Below are positions 12,636 through 24,930 of a stretch of 64,000 nucleotides of DNA, piece by piece. A model generated the notes under the pieces. The model ran no database searches. It was not told the DNA's origin and saw only the letters and a program-made list of their open reading frames with translations. This DNA is from Lama guanicoe (Eukaryota). Every line of letters starts with the position of its first letter. Positions within the stretch are counted from its first letter, which is position 1. The stretch covers positions 1,924,001 through 1,988,000 of the forward strand of contig MU053652.1 in NCBI GenBank assembly GCA_013239625.1, written 5' to 3'. The position numbers and the translations under genes were made by a program.

Positions 12636-14885
12636 CCCGCCACGGCTAGGATTATCACCCTTCGCCACATAAAAGACCGCAGCTCAGATTTTCTCTAACC
12701 AAAGTGTAAATCAAATGGGCCCTGAAGGCCAGGTCTCTTGATTCCTGATTGATGGTCTCTGTTCTCTGCCACCACGGAGGCAATGCAGCCCTGTATTTCC
12801 CCGCACCTTCCCTCACGAATGATGCACGCACACCAGGGATGTGTAAGAGCAGGAAGGAGCCCTTGACTTGTGAGCGAAAAGCTCCCTCCAGCGAAGCAGC
12901 CTCTTGGGCTCGGCTCTCTAGATGTACCCCAATGTGACCCCTTTGCCCTCCCTGTTCCTGGTTTTCCAGACATTGGGAGCCTCATTCGGCCCCGACTTCA
13001 GTCTCCTGCATGGGCAGGAATCTCAACTGTGATTCTCAAACTGGGGGAAGGTACTTCTGCATTTCACCTACAGAATTATCCGGAGAAGGAAGGCAGGTGG
13101 ATGCCCCAGCCCCGCACCTGGGCGGAGCCCCCTTCCCTCCTTTCCTGCCGCCCCCCACCCTCAGAGCCTGTAGCAAGAAGCCATCCCCAGGGGCTGCCAC
13201 GCAGGACTGCTAATGGTGTGTCTGGCAAAAACAGTAGGACTTGCTTTCTTCTTGGCCTGAGACCAAGAAAATCACAGGGAGGAGATTGGCAAATTAAACA
13301 AATCTCCCTGCAACGGAGGCTATTTATTGGCTCCATACTGGCATCGGCCCTCCAGGGGACCTGGGGAACCAAGGACTGGGCCAGAGATAAAACTCCTCTT
13401 TCAGGACGACAAGCCACGGCTGGAATATCATGCAGATGCTGCTGCCAGGTGCCAGCGGCGCTTCGGGGACTGGCTGGGCAGGCATCTGGGAAGAGCAGGG
13501 ACTCCCCCCACCCGCTCCCCCTCTGTCTGTCCGCCTCCCTCACACAGAAATGGGCCTGTGTCTCCAAAGAATCTGTTTTTTTCACTGCTGTGGGAACCTG
13601 CATGTGCAAACCCTCACACTCACGCACGCTCACTCACAGACATGCATGCCTGCAAGTATGAGAAGCAGGAGGTATCTTGACTTTTGTAGGTGAACAGCCT
13701 CCCGGGCAAAGCTGTCACCCCTCCCCCATCCTTCACCCTCCCCCAAGGATAGAAGCCCCAGGTGTAACCCTTCGTGGGGGGGTGGGTGAGAGTAGAAAAT
13801 ATTAAGAGCTGGCCTATATGGCTTCTCTGATTGTGATGCTATTGACACTGGCCAAGATCCAGGGGCTGGTGTTCAGAGGCACCAGGAATAGGAGATGGAC
13901 CGTCCTCTGGTCTGTCAAATGCCAGGAGAGACTGGCACAGAATGTCATGTGCCACCAAGGTCACTACTGTGGGAGGTTATAATTAGATGCTGTGAACTGT
14001 ATGGAGCCCCCACCTCAAAGCAGGATTCAAAGTGGTTGAATCCTAACATTCCAATCATGAGTTTGTAACATCAGCAGTGACGTCTTAGGAGGGAAAGCCA
14101 GGCGCTCTGGCCAAGTGTATGAGGGTAAAGTCTAAATTAAACCCATCTCCTTAGAAACCAAGCCAAACAATGAAGGCAGAGGGGCTGTGACAAATGCTCT
14201 TTCTAACTCCAGGCAGATGCTTGGGATAGCTGGGGTTTTCAATACCATTATAACTCAGGAAATAAACACGATGCTGTTGCTGAAAAGTCCACACGGAGAA
14301 GTGAGACACCACCATCCCTGCTCTCAGAGACTCAGTTCCCGAAGAGGAGGGGTCGGGGTGGCAGGATGGGGAATCAGACACAAATGTTACCGTGAAAAGA
14401 GCACAAAGAAGGCGTCCAGGAATTTCAGTGGAGAGAGACGGAGAGAACATCTGGTGATGGGGAAGTGACTTTTGACAAGGATCTTGAACGATGGATGGAC
14501 GCCATCCTCTGGAGGGCTTTAGGTGGAGAGGAGCCTTGTTCATTTTCTTTGAGAGTGGAACCAACACAAGCAAACGCTGGCAGGCTTTAATCCCAGTTTT
14601 CTATGAATCACCCAGTAGCATTGTAGATCACATTCTATCTCTTCTGTGAAATGGGAAAAGGAACAAGGGACTTTGAACCTTGCTCCTAAAACCACATACA
14701 ATCACAAACTATTCTACCAGAAGCTCCTGTCCATTGACAGTCCCAGACCTGGGTGCCCTCGTGGACTTGGACTCAACTCAGGGAATGAGGTGGAGGCAGG
14801 GACGAGCCAACAGCCTCTCCTTGCCCCATCAGCAGGTGGGTGATGACTGTATCTTGTGTCTGATTACTGGGCTTCCTCCTTCCAG

Positions 14886-15037
14886 ATAATCCCAGTGACA
14901 GGCCCCCGGGAAGGGGGCACCAAGGTCACCATCCGAGGGGAGAACCTGGGCCTGGAATTCCGGGACATTGCCTCCCATGTCAAGGTGGCCGGCGTGGAGT
15001 GCAGCCCTCTGGTGGATGGCTACGTCCCTGCGGAACA
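14886..15037 (+). CDS. PLXNA4: Plexin-A4 exon (~13): IPT domain, [22 protein letters not shown]...VPAEQ
   Basis: tccag|ATAATC acceptor, GAACA|gtaagt donor, 152 nt, IPT motif GPxxGGTxVTIxGxNL. Confidence 0.95.
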
Positions 15038-16129
15038 GTAAGTGGAAGCCATCTGAGACGTGGGGAGGTGCAGGTCCATAAAAATAGATGACTGATACTG
15101 ACTTTTCTTCCCGGATCAACAACAGACGGTCTTAAAGCTGGTGGACAGAAAAGGAGAATGCTCCTAGTGTTCTAGGGTGTGGTGGGACGCCACAATTCCC
15201 CAGCGCTGCACTAGCCAGCTGCTGTATCTGGGGAGGTGCAGAATGGGGAAGCGGACATGGCTGGGAGAGAAGGGGAAGGGAGAGAGGAATTGTTACCTGC
15301 TTGGGATGTGGGGGTGTGTAGGAACGAGACGAAGCAAAATTAAAATCTGCAGAAGTGTGAGTTCAGTCCCTGACCCCAACTCCCTCCACTGTCCCTAACT
15401 CTCCACTCATGTCCTCCCCCTATTACGAAAGAAGCTGACCTTGTGCCACTCTCCATGGAGACTGAAAATGAACCTCCACACCCACTCTCAGGCCTGTGAG
15501 GACTCAGATTGTTTTTGTCCCTGACAAGTCTGCTGGTCCACTGAGAGGGCCACTCGGCAAGTGACCTTGACCTCTAACCTACCTGGCGGGGGAGGTTTGC
15601 AAGCCATGTATCGCCTTATAAATAAGTAAATACAGTTTTCCAGCCCAGCAAACACAAGCATAAAATGTTCACCTGCACGAGAGGATCGATACCGTGTACC
15701 TCTCTGCTGCCCCTCCCAGAGTGAAACCTTGCCACTTGTCCCTGTGTGCATAACTTATTGACTCTTTGCAAGGTCTCGTGTAGGTAGGTGAGTGCAGTTC
15801 ACACTTGTGCTGGCTACGTCTTGCCTGAATTTCATGATTCTGGAACCATCAGTCCTGCCATTGTCAATTCCTCCTGATTTCCATCCAGGTCTTCCTAAGG
15901 TACTCATAGTAGATCAGATGACTGACAACTGCAGGCTTGGTAGGACGTATCCTGGTCCAGCATCACTTATTTACCTAAAGATCCTTCTGTGGCTCCTTCA
16001 ACTTTCTGAGTCCTTCCTAGAGCAAAGCCAGAGCAGGCTGCTACTGATAGATTGTGATTTGGAGAACTTTAAAATGCCCTGCTCTGGACTTGCAGAGCCA
16101 GATAGAAAACATATTAGAAAGCCACATGA

Positions 16130-17330
16130 TTGAAATATGTGGTACTAGTTACATCAGTGGAATAAGAACACCCAGAAAAAGAATCCTGATACAGGAAAAT
16201 TTAATATGTGATAAAGGTGACATTTCAAATCAGCGAGGAAAGAAAAGCTCATTCAATAAGCGGTACAATTTCGCTCCCTGGGAAAAGCACCATATCAGAC
16301 CCTTACTTCACATTATACACCAAAATAAATTCCAGGTGGATTAAAGAATTAAGGGGGAAAAATGAAACTGTGAAAGGATTAGAAGAAAATGCAGGTGAGA
16401 ATTTATTTGATTTCAAGAAAGAGATGGTGATCTAGGTATAACTGCTAAAGAAAAAATTATAAAGGAAAAGATTAGGAGATGTAAGTCCGTAAGACTTAAA
16501 ACTTGTGCAACAAAAATTGTATGTAAAGTGAAAATATGAATGAGAAATTGAAAATATGGTTATGCCTTTTTACAGTATGCTTTTTCTTAACATTGATAAA
16601 GGGTTCTACAGATAAAAGACAGACATCACAAAATGAGCAAAGAGCATCAATGTGCAGTTCACAAGGCAGACAAAGAACCGAAGTCATATATAAAAAAAAT
16701 GTTTAGCATCAGTAGTAACCAGCGAAATGCAAATCAAAGTAATGGGGAACAAATTTTAAAAGTTAATGCCCAGTGCAGATGAGAGGCGTAAGAAACAGCA
16801 CATTCATACATTCCCATTGGGAGGGTAAACTGGGATGACCTTTCTGGAAAGCAATTTGGAAATGTAGGAACAATGGGTGGTTAAGTTCCATTTTATTTTT
16901 TAAGTCACGTGTATGTTTCTGTGTGTATATATGTTTGTATATAATTGTATGTGCATAAATGTTATATATAACATTTATGTTTATGTGTGTCCATAGTATC
17001 AGACATATATATATACACCATGCGTGTATATGTGCAGACATATATACTTGGGCACGTTGCCTTTTTTGTGCCTCAGTTTCTTCACTTGTAAAGTGGAGAT
17101 TTTATATATGTAGTATATTTGTACATATTATACATATATGTTTTATATATATAATATATTTGCATAGGTCTAGAGAGAGATCTGCAAGGATTTATACATC
17201 AAACATTTGAGAGAGATTAGGAGTGAAGAAAGGGACATTTACTCTTTACTGTCACACTTCTGTACTGTCTCATTTTCAAAGGACATGAACAAATGTTGTA
17301 AGTGAAACAATAAAAATGTTTTAAAAGAGA
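16130..17330 (+). mobile_element. Old LINE-1 (L1ME-like) ORF2 C-terminus and 3' end, interrupted by TA/TG low-complexity sequence
   Basis: Translation DPYFTLYTKINSRWIKEL..ETVKGLEENAGENLFD resembles L1 ORF2p; 'gaaatgcaaatcaaa' and 'tttctggaaagcaatttgg' motifs; A-rich end. Confidence 0.8.
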
Positions 17331-17901
17331 AACATTTACAACCCTCCCCTTCGCCCCAGCATGGATATCTGCTTCCTCCCCTGCCAGGCCCCCAGCTGGG
17401 CTGAGGGCAGGAAGCCCTTCCTGAGGCAGTCCATTCCTTGGGAGCAAAGAGCTCCTAGGTGAGGGCCTGAACCCTTAGGTCTGCTCCAAGGTCCCTATCT
17501 GATGGCTGTGTACCCTTGGGTAAGTCACTTTACCTCTCTGCGCCTGCCAGCTGTATTCCCTAAGCTGTTTGGCTGACGCATTCCCTGCACTCTAATTCAC
17601 AGCTGAGTGTACAGTTTATGAATTAGGGACTGAGTGTCCAGGGTCAGAACACACAGGCCCTCCCAGAGGCACCCCATTTTACAGAGGGCCTTCAAGAAGA
17701 CCCCATAGGTCTCATATCCTGAGAACCAGGGAGGAGCCCTCACATTGAGAAATGGAGTAACTTTCACCTCCTCCTCCCCTGCCCATCCTTGAGATTGTTC
17801 TGCAGTGAAGGAGGCCGGGGTAGGTGTGGGGCCCCAGGGTCACTGCAGGGAGGCCTGTGACCCTCCTGTGACCCATAGGGTCTGTCCTCTCCTCTCTGCA
17901 G

Positions 17902-18019
17902 GATCGTGTGTGAGATGGGGGAGGCCAAGCCCAGCCAGCACGCCGGCTTTGTGGAGATCTGTGTGGCCGTGTGTCGGCCCGAGTTCATGGCCCGGTCCTC
18001 GCAGCTCTATTACTTCATG
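17902..18019 (+). CDS. PLXNA4: Plexin-A4 exon (~14): IVCEMGEAKPSQHAGFVEICVAVCRPEFMARSSQLYYFM
   Basis: ctgcag|GATCGT acceptor, ATG|gtgagt donor, 118 nt, phase 2-0. Confidence 0.94.
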
Positions 18020-18284
18020 GTGAGTCCTGGCCATGTGCAGGGCACAGACCTCTTTACCATGATAGTTGGGCCCTTCTAGACTTCTGTGGACAAGCCCAGG
18101 CCAAGGTCATGGGAGCCCCGTCTTGAGAGCACAGCCTTGGACGTCTGGAAGCCCTGGATGCAAATCCTGACTGTGCTGTGCCTGGGCTGTGGCTCCAGGG
18201 AAGTTGCTTTGGCTCTTGGGCCCCAGTGTCCCCTTCTGGCTGAGAGTCAGTGTGACACAGTGGGTGGGTGTGTGGGCTGTGCTT

Positions 18285-18450
18285 TGGGACTCCTGGGATG
18301 TGAGCCCTGGCTCTGCCACTTATTAACTGGGTGAACTTGGGCAAGTTGTTACCCTTTCTGTGCCTCAGCGTCTCCATTTGTAAAATGAGGATGATGGTAG
18401 TAGCATCTACCCACGGTGTTGTTGTGAAAATTAGATAAAATAGAGTTATC
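18285..18450. mobile_element. MIR SINE
   Basis: 'ctctgccacttattaactgggtgaacttgggcaagttgtt...ctgtgcctcagcgtctccatttgtaaaatgagg'. Confidence 0.75.
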
Positions 18451-21400
18451 ACTTCTAGGATCACTGCCTTTATGGTTTCTATGATGCCACCATGACAACT
18501 GTGCCCTGCCCTTTCCCTGTGCACTGGCACTCCACCATTTGGATACCACCTTCCCCAGTCAACATCATCCTATCTATGACCCCCTTAACCCCACCAGTTT
18601 ACCATATCTCACCTGCACCTACACTCCCCTTCCTCTGCCCACCCCCTCCCACCCCAACACCCTTCACCACACCTCCCTCTTCATCCCATGCCTCTCTGCA
18701 GATCTCACCCCTACCCTCCCTTTCCCTCCAGCCTGGACCCTCACTGGCCCCCAGCAAAGGATGCCTGGCTAGCTCCCAGCAGCCCCTGGGGAGGGGTTCT
18801 GCGGGCAGAGGATTTCAGAACCTCTCCACCTTGTGACACAGGGATGCTGGAGACATGAGCACGTACCCTGCCGCACACACCACCTCATTTCCAAAAATGT
18901 TTTACCATCCAGTTAACGTCTGAGGTTAATGACAGATGTGATGGGACCATCGCCTCATGATTCTGGGCTGTTTTTGGAAGCTGGAAGCCTGAAGTGATGG
19001 ATTTTATGCCTGGGCATCAAATGCCCTGGAATATGTTACGGGAGCTCATTTTCCCTTCTTTCCTTCTTCTCTTCCTCCCTCTTCTTTCATCTCCCTTCCT
19101 CCCCTTTTTCCTCCCTTCTCCCTTCAACCAATAACCACGTGTCACTGTGGACTACCTCTCACTAGATTATTTGATACATACTTGCTTCATTGGTTGAATT
19201 TTATAATATAATTTGATGGGCCTGGATGCAGGTGTTATGGTGATGAATCAGACCCACTGAGCCCCTCCCTCAGGAGGCCCACAGTCTGGAAGGGAAGATG
19301 GAGGAGTGGCACACGACGTGGCCGTGGCGGGGTGAACCTCAGACGAACTGCCCCTTCCTGCCTGGGTCCTGACCTCTCTGCTCCTCCCGCTCTGCTCTTT
19401 GAAAACCTCCGACCTTGTAAACACAGCTGGCTGTCGCTGAACACACAGGAGCTCACACAGAAAAATACACTCATGTCTTGGATTTAGTGGATGTGTAGTT
19501 TTACCTGTTTGGTTAGGATTTGTACCCCTACCTTCTTCTGAAAGGGTTTGAGAGAATTTCCAAGTTAAACCCAATACACCTTAAGACAATTAGTGTTAAG
19601 TGTAGATATTTTGCATAGAGTTTATTGTATATTATATATTTATCTCTATATGTTTATATCTATTTCCCTATATATTGTTATTCCAGTAGTTAAGACAATA
19701 AGAGGGGGGAGAGAGACTGAGACAGAGAAACAGGGACAGGCTCCACAAGTGTTTGAGAGGCGTGGCGTGGCATGCTCACATTGGGCGTGAAATCTGGCTC
19801 TGAAATTACCTGGCAGCTGTGATGACAGGGAGGACACCGCTGCATGGCCAAAGCAAGCGCTGGCCTTCCTTGGCCAGTCAACCACCTGAAACAGTTTTAT
19901 CCTGTGGTCTCCCAGCGGTGACAAGCGGATGGTGCTGGGAACAGCCGCTACCTCATTAAACTAATGTTCTGTTCCCTTTGGGCCTCAGCTGTCTCTGCTT
20001 GTCTCCAGCCAGGTTTCTCACCTTTGCCACCAACTCAGAGGCCACTGCCCCTGGAGGTCTGGCCATCACCTCCCATGATCCAGCCAAGTTGGCAGCTCCC
20101 ACAAACTCTGCATCCCCCTTCCTTGCACATTTCTGTCAGTGGCCTGTCACTTGGGCCCACAATCTCGGTGGGCTGTGACTCGGCTTTTCCTAATTCCTGA
20201 TGTCAGTTCCTCCATCACCATGTCCTGGACTCTTACCTTTCCTGTCCCCATTGCTACTGTAGTGGCCTCCTGAAACCCATGCCTTTGGTCTGAACCTGTT
20301 CGCATCCAGCCACACAGTGGGATACCACTTTCATCATGCCAGCCCCCAGCTCAGGAAGAGCCCAGGACGCCCACGGCCTCTAGACCTTATCCAGGTTCCT
20401 CAGTCTGGCCCGCCCTGCTCCCCGAGTCCTTTCTCAAGCCTTCGAGTGGCCTGACTCCCTTCCCCTCTCAGCTCTTTCCCCACATTGCCCCAAGCCCCTC
20501 CCTCCTCATTCTTCCCCACCCAGCTCATGACCCACTCCTCAGCCTTCCCCGTCCCCACCTCCCACAGCGCCATGGTGGCCCCGCTCATGCTCCTTGGGAT
20601 CCCATGGTGTCTGCCCCCAGTGGCACTCTGTGTTGCCTCCTGGTGCCCCTGCTCCTCTGTCAGACCAGTAAGTCTTTGGAGATAAAGCCCAGGTTATTTC
20701 TTTGCCAGCCCCTGCAGTGTGGGGGCACTTCTGAACCTCCTTACCCACTGGGATCTCCTGGGGGGCTTTAAACAAGATGCTCTGTCCCCAAACCACCCCC
20801 CACCAAAAGCTAAATCCCACTCTACAGGTGGTGCACAAAGCTCCCCGGCCAATTCAGCTGCAGCCTGGGCTGCCCAGGAGTAACAGTGTCTGCTGAGCAG
20901 AGACCACGTGCCTGGGGTTGACTTCTCACAGCGCATCTGCGTGGTAGACACTCGAAAGCCCTTTCTGCCCTCAGGGAAGGGCAGTCTTGCCTGCATGATT
21001 GTGTCTACCCTGGAGCAGAATGTGGTTGGATGTAGGGTATTAACGGAAGGCTTCATGGAAAGAGCCAGAAGGAAAGGCAGGATCTGTTTAAGACAGAATA
21101 CACTTTTCCATATGGATTCTGAGTGGCAGGAGGCTGTTCCTGGCATCAGGTGTGCCGTGGAAGGGCACCAGAAGACGGGAGCAGAAGGGAGAAGAGAGAA
21201 GGAGGTTGATGGAAGGAGGAGAGACTGGAGAGGACGGGCAAGAAAGATGCGAGTTGTCACCACAAGGGAAAAATGCTTTGGTCCGATGGGTCCCTGGGAC
21301 CCAGACTTGTGTCACTTTTCTATCTGAGGAACTGTCCTGGTGATCCATGTCCACTTGGGAAGACTTTCAAGGAGGAGGAATGGTGCCAGGGACCCCAGTC

Positions 21401-22560
21401 TCCTGCTCAGACCCCAGTTTGTATTGAAGGGCCTGGTCATTGAGCCCGCCTCACCTAACAGAACTCCTAGGGGTGCAGGGCAGGAATGAGGGGCCGAGGA
21501 GGCAGGAAGGACAGAAAGCTTCTCTCTCACCACGCCCCCCCCCAGAACCTCAGAGCCTGCACTGCCTTCCCGCTCTGCTGGCCCGCTTGCAAGTGAAACT
21601 CTTGGGGTCCCCGCAGAAGTCCCCGGCTCCTCTGGGGACTCGGGCATATTGGGCAGCCCCTTTTCAGGGGTGCCTCTCAGGGCCTGGGGATGCTGGGGAG
21701 CCCCTCCCGGTGCTGAGGTTGGGGCAGGTTTGATTCTGCCTCAGTTTCCCTCCATGAATCAGGCCAGTCACTGATGTGTGAGTTTCTGACCCAAAACCCA
21801 GACGCCAAATGCCAGTAGACCTAGATCAGCACTCTTGGTCTTGTCATCGGTTCTGTCCCTAGAGACCTCCGTGGAGGGAACGATTTTCCTTCCCCTCCGC
21901 CTCCATCCAGGGAGCCTAGGGAAGGGGTGGCAAATAATGCAGAATGTGATTTCCCGGGCAAACCCACTGAGAAGTACTTATGAAGCAAGCCTTGAATAAT
22001 TAATAGTTTCTCACAGCTTTAAAATATGTCTCCATATCACCCTCTCCCCGCCCCTGGAATAACTGGGCACCCAGCTGGCCCCACAGGAGTGCCACAGCAG
22101 AGCCGGCAGGATTCCTCACTTCTCCCCCTCCTATGACCCCTACTCCCCGGCTGCCAGGGTTCTCCTTTTCCCGTTGCCCCCACACCGTCTGCGTTTCTTA
22201 ACGTCCCTCGTTTTGGCTGTATGTCTAGGACCACCCTGCCTCCTAGCCCCTGTGCAAACACACTCAGTTTCCCTTTCCTCTCTGGGGAGGTCAGCAGGAC
22301 CCAGGTGTGAAAGCTCTCCCTCTACAGACAGTGGGGCACTGGCACCGTTTGTGGGAGATGAGAACCTGAGAACCGCCTAGGCGAGAACCACTTTTTGACT
22401 CTGTGATCAGAGAGGGTCAGTGACTTGTGCCGAGTCACACAGAGCGGTCTAGGCAAAGCCGAGAAGCCAAGGCTCTTTCAGTCTCATCCCACCCTCGCAT
22501 GGGTCTCTGGTTGAGCCAGTAGCAGAGCCAAGATAAGCCGTTCTTCGGCTTGGTGGGTGC

Positions 22561-22740
22561 CACGGGGCTGCCAGGCCCGGGATCCTCAGGGACCGGGTGG
22601 GCGGTTCCCGCGAGCGCGCCTGCGCGGGGCGGATGCCGGGCGCGTTTCCCGGTGTGTCCCGGTGTGTCCCCGAGCGTGCCCTTGTGCGGGAACCCGGGCG
22701 CGAGCGTGCCAGGCCGCCAGGCTGCGGCCTCCCCGGGGCT
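22561..22740. promoter_or_regulatory. Intronic CpG-dense patch (candidate regulatory element)
   Basis: About 26 CpG in 180 bp by hand count; two GGGCGG boxes and a GCGCCTGCGC motif. Confidence 0.5.
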
Positions 22741-23184
22741 CTTCTCCTCCCCTCATGTTATGGATCGAGGCCTCTCCGAGGGGAGGTGGGCTGCCCGCTC
22801 CCAGGAGCTGAGTGGGTTCAACTTTGGTGCAGAATTCTTTAAGGGAGTAGAGGAGAGAGAAATCTTCATTTAAATGCAGATACAGGCTTCTCACCTGGGA
22901 CTGAGGAAAGTTTTTTCCATTAAAATGCTAATGAAAGAACAAACTGCGACTCCAAATCCTCAGCTCACTGGTCCTCCCAGCTCTCCACTCCCATCCCCAG
23001 TCTGACTCCTCACTCAGCACACTGACCCTTCTTCACGTCTCCTCCTGGGTTTCCCTGGGGCCCACACGTCCCATTACTCGGGCCGCTGGGTGCTTCAGGC
23101 AGCTCTCTGGAGAGGCCTGTGGAAGGGGCAACTCACCTTCTTGAAAGCAGCCTGCGCTGGAGACAGGAGAGGTGTCGGAAAACT

Positions 23185-23385
23185 CCAGCTCTGGAGTCAG
23201 ATCTCAGGCCACTTTTTCGCTGTGTGACCTTGGAAACATTACTTAACATCTCTGAATCTTGCCAGTAAGATGGGTAATAATACTTACCTTGTAGACTTGA
23301 TTGGGCAGTTAAAATACAGATGAAGAGATAAAGCCTGCCACTTACAAAGTCAGTACATAGGAGCTACTATTGTTAGGACTGTTAT
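23185..23385. mobile_element. MIR SINE
   Basis: 'ctctggagtcaga...gctgtgtgaccttggaaacattacttaacatctctgaatc...taataatacttacc'. Confidence 0.7.
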
Positions 23386-23543
23386 TAGTATAGAGGTGCA
23401 AACACTCGCCCGTCCACACGGTAAACTGTGCCTGCTCTCTGCGAGGCCATCGTGACTAAGGATTCCAGAAGGCAGCTCCGAGAGCCAGCTGCTGCCTCAG
23501 GCCGGCCCAGACGCCTCCTCAGGCCAGATCCTTTCCTACACAG

Positions 23544-23680
23544 ACGCTGACTCTCTCGGATCTGAAGCCCAGCCGGGGACCCATGTCCGGGGGCACCCAG
23601 GTGACTATCACAGGCACCAACCTGAACGCAGGCAGCAACGTGGTGGTGATGTTCGGGAAGCAGCCCTGCCTCTTCCACAG
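23544..23680 (+). CDS. PLXNA4: Plexin-A4 exon (~15): IPT domain, [45 protein letters not shown]
   Basis: acacag|ACGCTG acceptor, CACAG|gtaact donor, 137 nt; translated by hand (not in the ORF track). Confidence 0.94.
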
Positions 23681-24294
23681 GTAACTCACCTGAGGCCAGG
23701 CTCCAGGGTTCCCAGGCAGCAGACTTCCTGGCTCACCTTTTAGAGGTACTCCCTCTTCCCCAAGAAAGTGGCCGTCCTCTTTGGGAGAGGACTTTATGGG
23801 CGCACTTCGCTGTGGATGTTTTGGCCCAGGAGACCTGCCAGTTACCTCCTCCCTGGGTGGTCCTCGCCTGCTGTTGCCTGCCATTTGTTGGTGCCCCCAT
23901 ACCACCCCCTGTGCAGAATCCTAGGGTCCCACAGGACACAGTTTGGAACCTAGGGCCCCTCCTCACTGGGTTAGCTCCTCACCAGCAGCTGCGGAGCCAG
24001 CCGGAATGCTGAGTGCTGGCTGAGGTTGAACCTCCACCGGCAGCCGACTTTCCCTCCCCTGGTTCACCATCCAGTCCCAGAAGGGCTCACCCGCCCTGAG
24101 CCAGGAACCGGGATGAGGTGGGGGGAGGTTAGGAGGGAGGCAGCAGGTGCATCTAAAGCAGGACTAGAGATGTGGTAGGGGACCGTCCCTCAGCAGGCGT
24201 GAGGTTCTGCCGAGAGAGGTTTTCCCCAGGAGAGAGCTATGCTGAGGGCGGTGACAGATCTGAAGTCGGGCCAGGCCAGGCCTTGCGTGAGTAG

Positions 24295-24670
24295 TCAAGA
24301 GAAGATTGTTCTGACGCTCGGTGCAACAGTAAGGAAGAGTTAGCTCAGGACTGTTGCAGTAGGTGTCAAGACTACTGCAGTGGAGAAATAGGTCAGGCTT
24401 GACTCCAAATGCAGCAGGCAGCTGGGGATTTATAGCCAAGGAGCGGAGCGAGGGAGGCAGTGGACGGAAAATTACTAAGAGGAAACAAGGTTAGGAGGAT
24501 TCTTGCCAAATCCACTTAACAGGACTCTTGCTGAAGGCAGGTCCCGGTGATCAGATACCAAGGGTGAGGAATAAGGAATTGATCAAATATCAAGGGTACT
24601 CATATATTGGTGTGTGGGGAGGTGGTTCTTGATAAACTGAGTTAGCAGGATTCTTGCTAAAAATGGGGCC
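24295..24670. mobile_element. ERV-type LTR-like fragment (family uncertain)
   Basis: 'ggatttatagccaaggagc', 'aaaattactaagaggaaac' and recurring 'aggattcttgc(c/t)aaa' units resemble old ERV LTR consensus as recalled. Confidence 0.5.
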
Positions 24671-24765
24671 TGACGAACAGGAGGGAGGGGTGTGAGAGGG
24701 CCCTGACCTAGGACTACAGTCCCTCCCACACCCAGGAGCCCAGCCCCTGCCTTCCCTCCCTCCAG

Positions 24766-24930
24766 GCGCTCTCCGTCCTACATCATCTGCAACACCACAT
24801 CCTCCGATGAGGTGCTGGAGATGAAGGTGACAGTGCAGGTAGACAGAGCCAAGATCCACCAGGACCTGTTCTTCCAGTACGTGGAGGACCCCACCATCGT
24901 GCGGATCGAGCCTGAGTGGAGCATCGTCAG
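24766..24930 (+). CDS. PLXNA4: Plexin-A4 exon (~16): RSPSYIICNTTSSDEVLEMKVTVQVDRAKIHQDLFFQYVEDPTIVRIEPEWSIV
   Basis: tccag|GCGCTC acceptor, GTCAG|gtaggg donor, 165 nt, phase 2-2; translated by hand. Confidence 0.94.

Noticed and set aside
12870..13661. 263-aa + strand ORF, the longest in the window
   Set aside because: Non-ATG start, low-complexity composition, no domain, and no place in the PLXNA4 exon chain (exons 12 and 13 already join in frame).
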